Below are positions 38,847 through 53,479 of a DNA stretch of 64,000 nt, piece by piece; the first letter of the stretch is position 1; every line of letters starts with the position of its first letter. Under the pieces are notes generated by a model. The model searched no databases and was not told the origin of the DNA. It worked only from the letters and a program-made list of their open reading frames with translations. This DNA is from Octopus sinensis (lineage: Eukaryota). A program made the position numbers and the translations under genes. Location: positions 25,184,464 through 25,248,463 of the forward strand of contig NC_043011.1 of NCBI RefSeq assembly GCF_006345805.1, read 5' to 3'.

Positions 38847-41800
38847 TTCATGTTCACTTTTCTACGCTTGCATGAATCAAATGTGAATTTGCCAAGGAAA
38901 ATTTCCTACAACTACATGCCCTTCCTGTCACCAACACCCACTTGTTTCCAAGCAAGTTAATATTTCCCATGACCAGACATATTTTCCACAGAGGACTGGA
39001 AATGAACATTGTTTGTATGATGATATTGCTCATTTACAACTAAGACATGAAGCCAAAAGATAAGGGAACACACAAATACTTTATTTTTATATATATATAT
39101 ATATATATAAGCCCATTTTGTGTATCATACAAAATGGGCTTCTTTCAGTGTCCATATACCAAATAATCCATTCAAGGGCTAGCCTGGGGTATAGCAGTAA
39201 ACACTTGTCAAATGTGAGGGAAATGGGCCTGAATCCCAAACCAGATGGTTGGGGAACAAGTTTCTTAACCACACAGCCAAGCCTGCACCCTTCTTGATTA
39301 ATAAATGGTCTATATTACACTACACAGGATATTGTCCATGGTTGGGAACCAAACATCTTAACCATACAGCTATGCCAGCACCTTTCCTGATTGATAAATG
39401 ATCTGTCACAGTACAATGGGATATCCTGTTATAAATACTCTAAGTAAATATTTAAATCAGCAAAAACAACAGGTAGGGAAGCATGATACTGAATGGCCTG
39501 CTTATCCAACAAAAGGTGATAAGATTAATCATCATAGGAAAATGTAAAAAATTTTTCTAAAAACAACCACTCAGCTTCTCAACTGCCTTCTCCTGTGTCA
39601 TGAATAATTTGAGTTAAGCGTTGGAGAACACCAGATATTCTTAAAATAAAGCTATTTGAGTTATAAGGTTAGTAGGGAGATATTTCTACTAGACAAGAGC
39701 TGACATTTTGAAAGAATACACCTAAATAGTAAGAATAATAAATAACGGTAAGCATTGTATTGAGAGATAAGATAGTACTTAAAGCATAACAAGCAAACAC
39801 AAACACACATCATAAATAAGTAACTGTTACACTGGAAAAAGTATAAACAGATAAAGAACTGAAAACATTTAAAAATGGAATGTTTCCCTTTTGTTAACTA
39901 TAAATTAAACATGCAAAATAGTTTAAAAACAAAAATTAATACTTTTGCCACCGTATTTCCGTTGAAAAATACTGCCTTTGTTACAAATAATTTTGAAAAT
40001 AAAGAGTTTAGTAAAATAACTCACAAGTTGGTGTTTGTAACTTAAGTCAATACGAAATTTTGAAGGAAGGAATTTTTTTAACTTGTACCATAGAACAAAG
40101 GAGGATCTCGTGTAGATTAGTATCAAATGGATTAACTCAGTTAATACCAACCCAAATACTGCCAATGACTCCATGATTCAAACTGCAGGTCTTTAATGGA
40201 TTTACATTAAAAATCTTCCACCAAAATTTGATGTTAATTCATGTTCCAAACACCAGCTTAATAAAGACAGTTATTTTACTAAAATTTTTCGATAATTTTC
40301 AAAATTAACTGAAAAAAAGGCAGTGTACTTTTTTAAAAATATGGTAATAAAATGGTTAACTTGCAAATGTGCTACTTCAACGCCAATAACATTAAGCAAG
40401 AGTTAAGCATTTTTGTAGGCGTGTGTGTGTGTAGCAGTTCAGCAAAAGACACTAATAAGTACCAGACTTTTAAAAAAATGAATAAAAAGACACTGGCATC
40501 GATTCATTTGGATTAAAATCCTTTAAGGCATTGGCCCAGCATGGCCACAGTCTAATGACTGAAACAAGTAAAAGATAAAAGATGTGTGCATCTGTGTATT
40601 TACACACACACACATACAAAAGCAACTTATTCCCACCCAATCCAGACTGGGGGAAAAAAAAAAAAAAAAAGCACAAGCTGACCCCCTGGACTCCACTAAC
40701 CCTAACACAAGGAGTCCATGACCCCACTCAGTTAATGGCCTTTATAGATATATATTCATCATATTGACATTAAACATTATAGAAACATCAACCAAGAATA
40801 AAGGAATTATTAAAATAAACTAAAAATGTTTTAAATGTTATTCTGAAGTAAGTCTCCTTATATGGATTCTTATTAGTCTTCTGAATTTAGAAGAGCTGTG
40901 AACGCTAGATGTCCTTAAAGTACAGCTCTTTGAAAACTCATATTAATGCTACAAGAGTAGTAAAGAGGTATTTCCACTACACGCTAACATAAGAATGATT
41001 ATATAAAATTTTGTAGTATGTTGTAAAATTTTGTATTAAAAGTATAATTTGCAAACATTAAAATATTTGTTTGTGTATATATAAGAATTACAATGTGGAA
41101 AACATATCAGCCATTCAAGAACATGCAAAAACTTAACTTGAGCATTTATTATTTGATGTTAAAATTTTTGTCACATTGACTGTAAGCCGGTCACTAACAC
41201 AGTTCTGCTACAATCAAATAAATGTCGCACAGTTCAGTAAAGTTAACAGTTTTCGTGTTTTTGAATGGCTAATGTATCATCGATACTGTAATTGTTTTAG
41301 TTTGAACACAGTCTTGGATCAAATCACTTACCTGACAATTACATTTTGTATATACATAAGAGTGTGTATGTGTGAGTAAATGTTAGATATATCCACCTCA
41401 AAGTAAAAGGACTAATCTTCTCCCTGGTTTCTCTTCGTGAGGGAAGATGGGATCTCATATGTTGCAATTTGTATTTAGAGAAAAATCGATTTAAAAGGTA
41501 TTAAAACCAATTAAAGACTAAAAAAAAGTTTACTCTAAATAACAGGAACTCTAATAATCAAGAAAGTAAGCAGAATTTTGATCTCTATTGTGGTCACTTA
41601 ATCTGCTAGAAATAGCATCCTAAGTGAAAGGACACAATGAATAATGTGCTCTAGAAAAAGAAGGGAATACAGGTCTACTAATTCAGTACAGACCTGGAGA
41701 TAAATAGCAACCGGAGCTCAAGTCTATTTCTGAGGCTTGTAAATTGTCTAATGGTAATAAATGAATTCCAAATTGAATATAAATGGCTATTTCAGAACTT

Positions 41801-42856
41801 CTGATGTAGACTCAATAATTGTTGTTTAGATCAAACAGGCCTTAAAAATCAAAGGCATTCTTGACTATTCTGTCTTCTAGATATGATGCATTCAGGACAA
41901 TATTTATCTAATATGTCCTTCCATTATGTAAGCAAAGTTTGATGTGAGGAACATAAGTCAAGCAACCACAGAGTTCTCTCAATAGATTTATCATCATTTT
42001 TCAAGAACTATTTTTCTATGCTTGCAAGAGTTGAATGGGAGTTTACTGAAGCAGATTTTGTAGGATCAGATACAACCCATACTTGTTTCCTGTCACCAAC
42101 CCTTACCTGTTTCTTTCAGGTTCCATCTACCAAATCCACTCTCAAAGCTTTGGTAAGCCAGGGTTTATAGTAGAAGACACTGCTCTCAAGGCACCCTGCA
42201 GGACTAAACCCAAAACCATGTCATTGGAAGAGATGCAGCACTTGAAATTAAATTCAGAGTGAACAAGACTAACTATAGATAATTTCAGCTGTAAACACCA
42301 AGTAGTATGTCATCTAATTTATTATATATACAGAAAAGTATAGTTTACATCTGATTAATAACAGTGAGAGCAACTAATTAAGTGCATATTAAATTTAGTA
42401 ACATTTCAAACAGACTAATAATTAGTTAAACACACTATAACAATAAAAAGAATGTTTTGTCCATATACTGCAGCAAAGATCACAGTTCTTAACTAGTTAG
42501 CTATTCCGAAACTAAACCTCTTGGCAATTGTTATGTCAGGAGTGACTAGTTAGACTAAACTGAAAGTAATTCAGACATATAGAGGTTAAAGTAACATTTA
42601 CTTCACACAAGTGCAAACTTATTGTAAGAGATAAATAAACAAGAACTGATCATATTATATAACCAGGTGATGAAAATAAAGTTTGAGAAGTGAAGTGGCA
42701 AACAGTAGATTGTGTGTGTGTCCTTTTATGGAATAGAAGATCTCAAAACACACAAAGCTATAAACAATAGCATGTAAAAATTGATTTGAAAGGAAAATAA
42801 AAAAAAATCAAAGGCTATCCATCAACATATATGTATGTATATGTATATATGTGTAT

Positions 42857-42890
<34 letters not shown>

Positions 42891-42978
42891 ATATATATAT
42901 GTACATGTGTGTTTTATATATATATATGTATGTACATGTGTTATATATATATATATTGTGTGTGTGTGTGTGGATGTA

Positions 42979-43019
<41 letters not shown>

Positions 43020-43402
43020 GTGCTTGTGTGTGTATCATGCAGAGAGAACTTTAAAATTAACGCTAGAACAGGAGAAATCTATCTAAAATTGATTAAAACT
43101 CTGTAATGTAATTAATAATCAAAATCAACAACAATAATCTGAAGCAATTTCGAAATATCAGAAGTCTAAATCAGTTATGATCATGGCATGCTCTGCTCCC
43201 TGATTAGTTTCTACTGCTAATTTAATCTACCTAAAGTTATTTAGCTCAAAGAAAGGTTAGCTCTGGCAATATATGAATAACAGATTAGGGTGACAGAGTT
43301 AAAGAGAATACCTAGCTCACAAAATTATGAATTCCAATTGATTGGAATTCTGTGGTGCACTTCATACAACATATGTTGCTTGCCATATCTTGTATATGTG
43401 TG

Positions 43403-43449
<47 letters not shown>

Positions 43450-43456
43450 TACTTTA

Positions 43457-43624
43457 GGGCAGGAGTGGCTGTGTGGTAAGTAGCTTGTTTACCAACCACA
43501 TGATTCCGGGTTCAGTCCCACTGCATGGCACCTTGGGCAAGTGTCTTCTACTATAGCCTCGGGCCGACCAAAGCCTTGTGAGTGAATTTGGTAGACGGAA
43601 ACTGAAAGAAGCCTGTCATATATA

Positions 43625-43684
<60 letters not shown>

Positions 43685-43918
43685 GTGTGTGTGTATGTGC
43701 GTGTATGTTTGTGTGTCTGTGTTTGTCCCCCTAGCATTGCTTGACAACCGATGCTGGTGTGTTTATGTCCCCGTAACTTAGCGGTTCGGCATAAGAGACC
43801 GATAGAATAAGTACTGGGCTTACAAAGAATAAGTCCCGGGGTCGAGTTGCTCAACTAAAGGCGGTGCTCCAGCATGGCCGCAGTCAAAATGACTGAAACA
43901 AGTAAAAAGAGAAAAGAG
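43457..43918 (+). mobile_element. Full-length SINE family A
   Basis: GGGCAGGAGTGGCTGTGTGG head, GGGTTCAGTCCC B-box-like, internal (TA)/(TG), tail ACAAGTAAAAAGAGAAAAGAG. Confidence 0.9.
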
Positions 43919-44229
43919 ATACATTGAAACCACAATCATTTCAGCACCCGACACGCCATGCACCTGTTCAGGCAACATCAATTTGATGGAGGGAGTGAGC
44001 TAATGTTCAGTACTATAAACAGATCAATTGTGCAAGTCATTCGGCAAAGAAGTTGATCACTCATGCGTTGACTTCGATGGGAGAGTCTGTCATGAGTGTG
44101 CATGTGAGTGTATGGGTGTGTATACCTCACTTTACAAGATTTCAGGTTTATGAATTTTATTTTATTATAAATTTTTCAAACACAAAATCCAAATTTTGAA
44201 AAAAAGTGTTAAAGTTTCCACTATCATAA

Positions 44230-44450
44230 ATTCTTCTGCGTGTAACCAAGAAATTTATAGAGAGAGAAAGAAAGCTTCTAAGCAAACATATAGATTTTTT
44301 TTTTTTAAAGAAATCTACAAGTCCATTTACGAGTGCTTTTGAATTGGTGATTGCGTCAACAAGTGATGGTGTCTGCAAGCCTAATGCAAGTGAAAGTGAT
44401 TCAGAAAACGATTCTGATAACATTTCTTCTTATAAATGATTTTGACATTC
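44230..44450 (+). pseudogene. Possible Tigger/pogo transposase C-terminal remnant
   Basis: ACNQEIYRERKKASKQT..DFF.KKSTSP resembles the CYxEIYxEKK...QxxLDxFF tail. Confidence 0.4.
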
Positions 44451-44720
44451 ATTTTAGTTTACATAAAATATTCTTTACATACTTATAGTATGGTTACACA
44501 CCTGAAACTACTTCAGCTTAGGATAAATATAATGACAACAATAATTTGCAGGTGGAAATTTATGCATTAATAAAGCCTATGAATTTCCATCTGCAAGTTA
44601 TTGTTATTATTATATATATGTATATATACATACACACACTCACACATATACGTTTATATGTGTATGTATATATATATATATACACACACTCACACATATA
44701 CATGTTTATATATATGTGTG

Positions 44721-44757
<37 letters not shown>

Positions 44758-45099
44758 CTACAATAGTTGGCATTAAAACAAAATGGAAAGCACTAAATAG
44801 CTGGCCACTCAGTTTTACCAATCAGAGAAATATTTTTAGTTAATCTTGAACAAAGAAAGGATTTGTTAAGCATGTAGATTAGTATCATAAAAAAAAAAGT
44901 AGAACAATTCTGATACATGTTTTTAGTACACAATTTACACTTCAGTGTGTGCATTTATCAGTTGGCTGCACACAACTACCACAGCAAAATAAAGCAGTAA
45001 TTGTGATCAAGTTTACTGTTAAACTACAGGTCAACCTAGATATTCCAGCCATGACTGTCCCATATTTTCAGACATGGTATACCTACACTATCCTATGTC

Positions 45100-46130
45100 C
45101 TTCCTTTTATAAGACAGTGGAAAGAGATTTAGATGCTACTTCTACCATGTCGAATAACCATATACAAGCTCCCTTATTTCAATGTGATAAAGTATTTTAT
45201 TGCATTATAATGCACAGTGGTTCTTTGTACACCAGGAGAGAAAAATTCTGTAGCCAATGGAAGTAATAGTTCCCATAACTTTTTTCTACTACATCCTTTA
45301 CTCTAGCAATTAAGCTTTCCCAGTACTCCACTACTGTCCACTAAATCCAGCAAGACTTCTGAGCAGTTGAAAGAATTCCTGTAATCCAACTGCATCCTTT
45401 GTGCACTCATAATTTGTATTCCGAAAGGATAGAATTCCTACCTACTTATTTTCAGCATATTGAGAATAGATCCTTCCCAGATGGAAGCAGAGTCTTGTAT
45501 CCCTTCAGTTTAGGATTACTTTCAGCCTTCTCAATTTTTGGCCACGCCCCTATATTTTCAGCACCTCTAATTCTTTCATTGATTCAACAAGAGGTAGGAC
45601 ATTGATATACAGGAATTCCCACAAACAGCCAGTGCTGAACTTCTCCATTACAGCATGGAGAATAATAATAAACAAGAGGACACTTACCTGCACATAAACC
45701 CATTGCTAATACCACACAGTTATCAGAAGCTTATTCATCTACACCCAATTTTGTTTAATGACCAGGCTACCCAATACAGTACTTTGTAAAAGGTCTTTTC
45801 CAGTTTAACAAACGCTAGGTACCGTAGCTTAGTATTAGTACAAACTTCTGTAAGTACCTCACTAACAGGAAGGCATTAGTGATTCCCCAATTCATCTATT
45901 CTCTACCAAATTAGCAATGCTATACACTTCTTACTACCACTTTCATAATCTATCCATTTGAGACCCCTGTAGTTGCTCCTTTCTAGATAGAGCAACTCCT
46001 TTGTTTTTGTAGCAGTTTACAATGTTGCTACTATAACAGTCATTAGGAATAACCAGCTTTCTCTGTAATTACTTGGTGAACCTTAATGTAGTTCCTTGGC
46101 CTATTAATAATCCTTTCTATTATAGGCACA
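45100..46130 (-). mobile_element. Highly decayed RTE RT fragment
   Basis: Frame-broken IVNCYKNKG, RSNYRGLK, TNAFLLVRYLQK, LAFVKLEKTFYKV. Confidence 0.65.
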
Positions 46131-46176
46131 AGGCCTGAAATTTTAGGGAGGGGATAATCAATTACATCAATCTCTG

Positions 46177-46285
46177 AAAGGATGAAAAGAAAAGTCAACC
46201 TTGGCGGAATTTGAACTCAGAACATAGCAGACAAAATACCACTAAACATTTCACCCGGCATGCTAATGATTCCGCCAGATTGCTG
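46177..46285 (-). mobile_element. tRNA-derived SINE family D fragment (more at ~50.1-50.7, 52.7, 53.1, 60.4 kb)
   Basis: GAAAGGATGAAAAG..AAGTCAACCTTGGCGGAATTTGAACTCAGAAC; minus strand has GAGTTCAAATTCC B-box-like motif. Confidence 0.75.
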
Positions 46286-46354
46286 CCTTTGGCCTGATAA
46301 TAATAGCAGCCTAAGAGCCCTTTCAATAATGCCTCTTAAACTCAAAAGGTCTAC

Positions 46355-46429
46355 CTTGAATAGCCATACATTTTCTTCATTCAGCAATCTCATTTCCAGA
46401 CGGTGATGATTGGGCATTGCCTTTGGACA
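46355..46429 (-). CDS. Candidate internal exon (CPKAMPNHHRLEMRLLNEENVWLFK)
   Basis: 75 nt, open, acceptor TTAGTCTTGCTATCAG, donor AAG|GTAGAC (weak). Link to the 52.3-kb exon is unproven. Confidence 0.3.
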
Positions 46430-47689
46430 CTGATAGCAAGACTAACTGGACATTCAATCTATTTTGATGCTAGAGGTAAACACATCTATACAAACATAAC
46501 TAAATGCTCACACATAAACAGAGAGAGGGGAGGAAGAGAATGAGAGAAACATTAAATCTGATGTCAAATCAGCTGTGCTTTAAATATCTCATACCTTTCT
46601 TTGCAGCATCAGTGCTTTCCTCTTTGATAGATGATAACTAGTTTCTAGCAGCCCGGTGTCATCCCTTATCCCAATCCTTTTCAAGTGTGCTTCTAGGCTT
46701 TTATGGCTCTATCTATCCATTACCATGCCACTTTCCATCTGGTTGGAATTGCTATCTTACAGATCAGATAAGCAAGTTGCATCATAAAAAATTTCCCCAG
46801 TTTTCTCTATTTTTTCTTCATCCTTTTCTAATGATTCAGTTCTCTATGAGGGTGTCAACTCACCACAATACTGATGAATTACCCTCAAATATTAATTAAA
46901 AAATTTTTTAAATGAAATGAAACAAATTTCAGATTTAAGGTAGATAAGTAAATGAATGACCAGAGATGCTTTTTTTTTTATTACCATTTTAAAATTTATT
47001 TGTTTTCATAATGTAAAGCAAAAATACTTTATATCATGAGTGATGTTTTCTTTTTAATATAGGTTGTGAAAAGCTGCTGAGATCTTATATAAAAAGTCCA
47101 GGAATTTGCAACATCTTTTGTTTGTTATTAATTCTACTTGCGTTCAATAAAGTTGGAGAAGTAATTCTGTTGCCCATGTCTTTGAATCATATCAATCTGA
47201 ACCATTATCTAGGTTTATCTAAAAGTTATATAACCTCAATTTAAGAACACAAAGCATTTACTTAGGAAATATAAAACCATCCAAACTTTACAATGGGTAA
47301 AAAGATACTCAATTTTTTAATGCTTCTAATTATATTCTATCATTCATAATAAATAAGATCACGGTAAGTTTTGAGAAGAAAAAAGAACATGTTATAAAGA
47401 CAATGACTGGAAACTACTAGAGTAGAGAAAACATTTTATTAGAGTGAGAGAGATAGATGGGCGAACACAAATATTGTTATCAAACTGATTGACAAAGGCA
47501 AAAGAAAAAAATAATTAATTGTAATACATTCATATGTAAATACCTGGTAATTATTTATTATTATTGACTTTTATGTGACACAACTGAGAGTAGTGAAATA
47601 TATTCTATAACAATATATTTTAAAAAATCTAATATCTGAGAGTAATAACAATGAATATACATTTTAGTTAATCACCAGGGTCTGGTTGA

Positions 47690-47850
47690 AAAAATAAAAA
47701 GTGATAAAATGAATCAGCACCATGGAAAAGATGGTAGAATCATTGATACCAAACTCACAGCCCACAGCAGTAAAGCTTCCACTGTCATATATTTTCTGGA
47801 TAATCTTTACCGTTTCCTGTAGACAATCACTCATCTACATCATTTACTAG
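47690..47850 (-). pseudogene. Tigger/pogo (CENP-B-type HTH) N-terminal remnant
   Basis: CLQETVKIIQKIYDSGSFTAVGCEFGINDSTIFSMV fits SLxEKxxII...S..xVAxEFGIxxSTI. Confidence 0.6.
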
Positions 47851-50800
47851 AATCAAGCTCCTTTGTATTTTTTGTTCACTGGTCTCATGTTGGTGGTTAC
47901 AAATACATAAACTTGTATTCAAAAAAAAATATGGAACCTCACAGCACAGTAATGTAAACACAAGCAATAGCACATTCTGGATAGCTGAGCATTGTGGGTG
48001 GTCACTGGGACATATTTTTGAGATACAAGCAGAATCTTTGATCACTGACTCATAGCTCAATCCATAAGTGTAACATGGTTCACAACTGAGCATACCAATT
48101 ATGCAGATCCATGATTAAATGATAAACAGGGCTACAAATACTGTAATACTCCTAATCTTCAACTTTTGTTTTCTATTGTTGCAGTAAAATAACAAATGTG
48201 AATCTTACTCTAAAAGTGGTAAGTTCATACACACAAACAGAATCTTTCAACTTGATTCTACATTTAAGTTGTTTAGCACTGTAGTACAAGTGACAATCTC
48301 CCTAGTAAACTGGATCTTTGAATCCCATCCATACCCTCAGCTATATTCAATTCCCAGTCACAGCAATTTCACTCACTCCACAGAAATGCATGAACTTCTG
48401 TTATTCACTGAAGTCAATAAAACTGCTCACCTATTTGATGCATACATTTGATAAACAAAAACGAAAATCGAGTACATATTGCATTTTTCGTTAAGTATTT
48501 CATATTTGTAGTATCACTAAGCCTTGCCTCCCATCACACTTTTTTGCATGATGCTCTATTAAACAATCTTGCGTACATTTGTAGAATGTTATAAAACCAT
48601 TAAATTCAGTTTATAGTGCACGCACACACACACACACACACACAATATGAGATGGGTCCTTAACTCCTTGACAGAGTCACAAAGCCACCATCATGACAGA
48701 AATCTCACCACAGTTAATGTCTTCTGAGAGAAGAAAAAGAAAAATCAAATAAAGAAAGAGCTTGAGAAAAGCTGATCCCCAGTACAGCTCTGAATGAGAA
48801 GCAAAGTTAACCTTGAGAGGAATTAAACTCAGAACGCTCTCTGCACTCTGAGTTTAAATCCTAACAAGGTCAACTTAGGTTAGACTGATTGCTTTACAAT
48901 AATCATTCCAGCTCTCCAGTAAAGCAATCTATCCAATAGACTAACAACCCTGAAAGGATTTTATATATATCATCATCATTTAATGTCTGCCCATCTTGCT
49001 GGCATGGGTGAGATTATATATATATATATATATGGTCAGAGATGCATGCAAAATGTGTGTTTACAATTGCACCACTCCAAAAACTGCTGAACTACAAGCA
49101 ATGGCATTTTCATTTTCCACTGAAACAAAAAGTTGCAAAAGTGTGGAATAAATTATCCCTTACTTGAAAAAGGGCCAAGGGTATCAGGCTGTAAAAACAA
49201 TATGATATAATCTATTCATCTAACCTATGCAAGGATGGAAAAAAAACACATGTAAAAATATATATAATCATCATCATCTTGATGTCCACCTTTCCATACT
49301 TTCATGGGTTGAATGGAATTTGCTGAGGCAGATTTTCTACAGCCAAATGCCCTTCCTGTTGCCAACCCTCACCTGTTTTCCCATGATGAGACAAGTTTTC
49401 ACCGAATGTAAAAGCAAGGAGACAGACATACAAACATACACGTGTGTGCGCGCAGTGGGCTTCTTTCAGTTCCCATTTACCAAATCCACTCACAACTATT
49501 TGGCCAACCCAGGGTGTAGTAAAAGACATGGTTGGGAAGCCAACTTCTTACCACAAGGGTAAATCTGTGTGAGTGTGTATGTATCACCTGTATTTAAGGT
49601 TTGCTCACAATTCTTGTTTATACAAATATTATACAATGTATTTTTCTTTCTTTCTATTTCATACAAATCTGCTTTACATATTTTTTTTATTGTGTTGCTG
49701 GCTATTATTAAAATTTTAAGTTTATAAGCTATTCAAATAATTCTATACACTTGCCTAGCATATTTTTTCACCTGGATTTTTATGCATATATATATATAGA
49801 AATTATTTTCATCTCAAAAAGTCTTTCATGTGAAGAGCGCAACAACAATATGAAAAACACATGCCTGTCCCCCACCACTCTCGCTTTGTATATATGCGTA
49901 TGTGTTCTCTAGTTCATTATCAAAATATCTCGCTTTTATAAAGCTTTTTCGTAACAATAACAGTCTTTTTATAATATCGACATTTCTTGTTAGTTAAGTC
50001 ACTAACCCCCTCTGGAATTATATAAAGCGTAATGTTACCGCTTCCACCTTATGTAAAAAAATAATAATTTAACAGCAAGGTAAGTTCCTCTAACCCAGTG
50101 AAAACATGGACGAGGTTTCACTCCTAATTCTCTTACGTTCAAATCTCGCCTCGGTCATTCTCGCATTTCCATCACTCTAGAGATAAAAATACAAATGTCA
50201 TGAGTCGATTGAATCAATATTTTATATCATCCTTACAGAAATCCTCTTGAGCCTGCTCCGTCAAAATAAATCCGCGTTGTTTAATAGAGCGGTGTAAAGT
50301 GGGTAGATTTGGAGCAGAAGACAAAAAGTCTGAAAAAGATATCTTTCATGAAACCAAATTGGTGACTTAGGCCAAATCAAATCTATGTCGACTTGACCTT
50401 TCGTCACTCCAGAGTCGATTAAATAAATACAAGTTATGCATAGGAAATGTATAGATTGACAAAACCCAAACCTGCACGCTAAAAAAGTTCTCGTACCTAT
50501 TTAACATGCAAAAAAAAAAAAAAAAAAAATCAATATTAATATTCTAAATGCTCGAATCCCACGGTGGTCGATTACGCCTTTCATCCCTCCAGATTCAATA
50601 AAATAAGTTCCAGCCAATTACTGAGGTCGATAAAATATGTGGCCTTGTGCTTAAGTTCGAAATCAATATTATTTGTAAGAGCTTGCCGAGTTCGCGAGAC
50701 GGTTTCGATTCACAATCGCTGCTTTAGTTTTCCCTTACATCAACAATGCTGTCACAAGGAACTGCATGAAGCCCCTTACAATTCTATTCGCTGGTCGAAC

Positions 50801-52232
50801 AAAGGGGGGGAAAAACTAGAATTAAATGATTACGAAAATTACTACTTCTAATTAAATCTCCAGTTATATATTTAATAAAATATAATAAGCCTGCAATAAT
50901 CTTTGATGATGAAAGATCTAAAGAAGTGGTGGGGGAAGAAATTTGGAGGAGGAAACTAATCGGAAAGCAAAAGAAAAATCAGGCGGAGGGGAGTGAGAGG
51001 GTACAAGGGCGAAAGTGAACAAGAGACGTGCTAGTTCAAGACCGACAAAGCACTTTAAAAAAAAAAATCATCAATACTATTATTTTTCTTTGTTGTGACC
51101 AACCATTCACGATGCTCCCCTACTTTATCAATAAGTAATTCTAAAATAGTCAGTCAGTTGGTCACAATTGTCGCTAAGTAAACACCAAAGAAAGAACAAT
51201 GAAGAATTGGTTTTCTGCTGCCATTGCAGCATTTAATGAATTAAGTGGCTGACATATATAAATACACATATATATATATACACGCACTCATTCTAGTGTA
51301 ATCTGTCAATGGACGTAATACAGCAAATACTCTAGTATTTTTTTTTTACTTACACCAAGTTTTTTTTTTATTTTTTTACTATATATGACATTTCAACAAG
51401 ACAAACCCTGTAAATATATAACATAAACACGAAAGTAAAGTGTTAAAAGTAATTTAGTGAAACTAAGAAGATAGGAACGACGCTTGCACAAAAAAAGACA
51501 AATTCACGAGAGAGGAAGTCTTTCCTGCTCCCCTTATTACTATAAAAATAATGATGATGATGAACCGTATAATTTAGATACATCACAAGGTAAATTATTG
51601 TTAATTTCTATCATGATTTATTATTACTACTACTACTACTATCATTATATATGAAAGCATGTAAATAATATGAATTTTGCTATTTTTATTTCCCTTTTGT
51701 TCCTTAGCAAAAACTGTTTTACATCGTTTTAGGAATGAGATCTGGCAGATGAAAATTAAACATAAATGTGGACAGCGAGAAAATAGAGAAAATTGTACGG
51801 AAGTAACAACGACTGTGGTTTAGACGAAGATATACAGAATTATTCAAGAAGAGAATGTCCCACGAAATACTCAAGGATAAGTACGGATGTAAGTATCTGA
51901 GATATATAATATTTATAGACTTGAAGAGTATATGTGTGTGTGGTGTATAAATTTAAGTGCGAATATGTGTGGTATGACAACATGAACTGATAGTATGTGT
52001 AAAGAACTGGGAATGTTGTGGTCGAGAGTGCGTACTATATATATATTTTATGTGCGTGTGTGCGTAAAGGAGTTACGAACGTGTGATATAAGTATGTGTG
52101 TGTGTGTGTGTCTGCATGTATGTGCCAGAGGCTTTGTTTATTATCAGACATTTTGAGCTTTTACTACAAGTTGAAAAGGGAAACAGTGGACATTAGAGAT
52201 ATAAAACAAAGACGTAATTCCGGCAAACTTAC

Positions 52233-52365
52233 CGCAATAAAAGTTCACAGTAACCTGGTTCTGTTCCTTAATAATTTCAATTCTATGTGGTGCTTTATCA
52301 GAATTATCAAAATAACCGCTTTCCTTGTAAATAGCTATATGCACGTTGTCAAACACAGCCGCCAT
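52233..52365 (-). CDS. First coding exon of an unidentified gene (MAAVFDNVHIAIYKESGYFDNSDKAPHRIEIIKEQNQVTVNFYC-G)
   Basis: AACATGGCGG start context, 133 nt open, donor G|GTAAGT at 52232-52227, directly downstream of the strongest CpG-rich promoter-like patch in the window. Confidence 0.75.
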
Positions 52366-52510
52366 GTTGTTCTACGGCCAGAAAGAGGCTACAATTCCAG
52401 TAGTAGCGACAAGAAACGTGTATTTCCGGATTGCACCGGAATAGGCCGAAACACCAGAATTGCGCGCTCGCAGGCACGTGATGTTAATGTGGGGCGGGAA
52501 GTAATGTTAA
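52366..52510. promoter_or_regulatory. CpG-rich TATA-less promoter / 5' UTR
   Basis: TTCCGG 52424 and CCGGAA 52436 (ETS-like), TGCGCGCTCGCA 52461 (NRF1-like), CACGTG 52475 (E-box), GGGGCGGG 52491 (GC box). Confidence 0.7.
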
Positions 52511-53479
52511 TGTGTTTGCATATTTTTCTGCCCGAATTATTGATTACTATTGGTGAGCTGCAAGACCTATTCGTAAAGGGAATATTATGTAGTGAATCGA
52601 TTTACAGAATATTACTGGTATTTATTTTATGAATTACGGTGAGATGAAAAACTAAGTTGACTCTCAGGAATAAGTGAACTCAACGTTGATGAGTCGGGGA
52701 CTCATCAGGAATTGAACTCAGAACATAGAGAAACGAAACTAAATCTTGCAAAGCGCTTAATTCGGTACTATCGAACTTCTACATTTCTCTGGTCTTTTCC
52801 CCTATAAAATATTGATTGTTTCCAGTATTGAATGGTTTTATTTTTGAAAGACAAGGACATCAGATTTATAGGATAAGGGAAGTGGAGTATTGTGATGTTT
52901 ATGCCTTTCTTAATAGCATTTACAACATAATTGGATTTAACCAGAACTGAACCAAGAATGTAGACTAAATTGGAAATCAGTAAGAATTGAACTCAAAACC
53001 TCGACCTTAGAACTTGTTAATTTGTTTATTATTGATTTCTGAAGTTGGTTTGCAGCCACACATGTTGGAGGAAGGATATAATCAAATTCATTGACCTCCA
53101 ATATTTGACTGGTGCTTTAATCATCCCATGAAGAGTGACAAAGTTGACCTCAATGAGATTCTCAATATCTATCAAATATCAATTTCTGACAAAGCAGAAG
53201 ACCTCACATTAAGAGGAGAAATGAGATTCTAGAAAAATCCAATGATATAAGAAATGTGAAAAACTCTTTAGTTGGGTTGAAACCAAATCACTTACTCAAT
53301 CCAACCTTGAAACAGTATTCAAATTATGCTATATCATTTTAAAGAATCAAAGACATGAATAAAGTAGTCTTAGATACACTATGTCAGAAAAACAGACAAT
53401 ACAATGGCTGCAACATGGGAGCTCAGCTTGATCAGGGCAGAGCTGAAGCTAAACAACAACATTCTTAAAGTGTTCTTTG

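Noticed and set aside
43050-43106. Peptide ENFKINARTGEIYLK resembling a cadherin repeat motif
   Set aside because: About 15 aa, follows a microsatellite, stops immediately, no other cadherin motifs nearby.
46593-46700. Open frame ending at a strong donor AAG|GTATGA
   Set aside because: No good acceptor and in-frame stops just upstream.
52686-52708. Hairpin TGATGAGTC-GGG-GACTCATCA containing CTGATGA on the minus strand
   Set aside because: No GAAAC, stem III or stem I; it lies at the edge of a SINE fragment.
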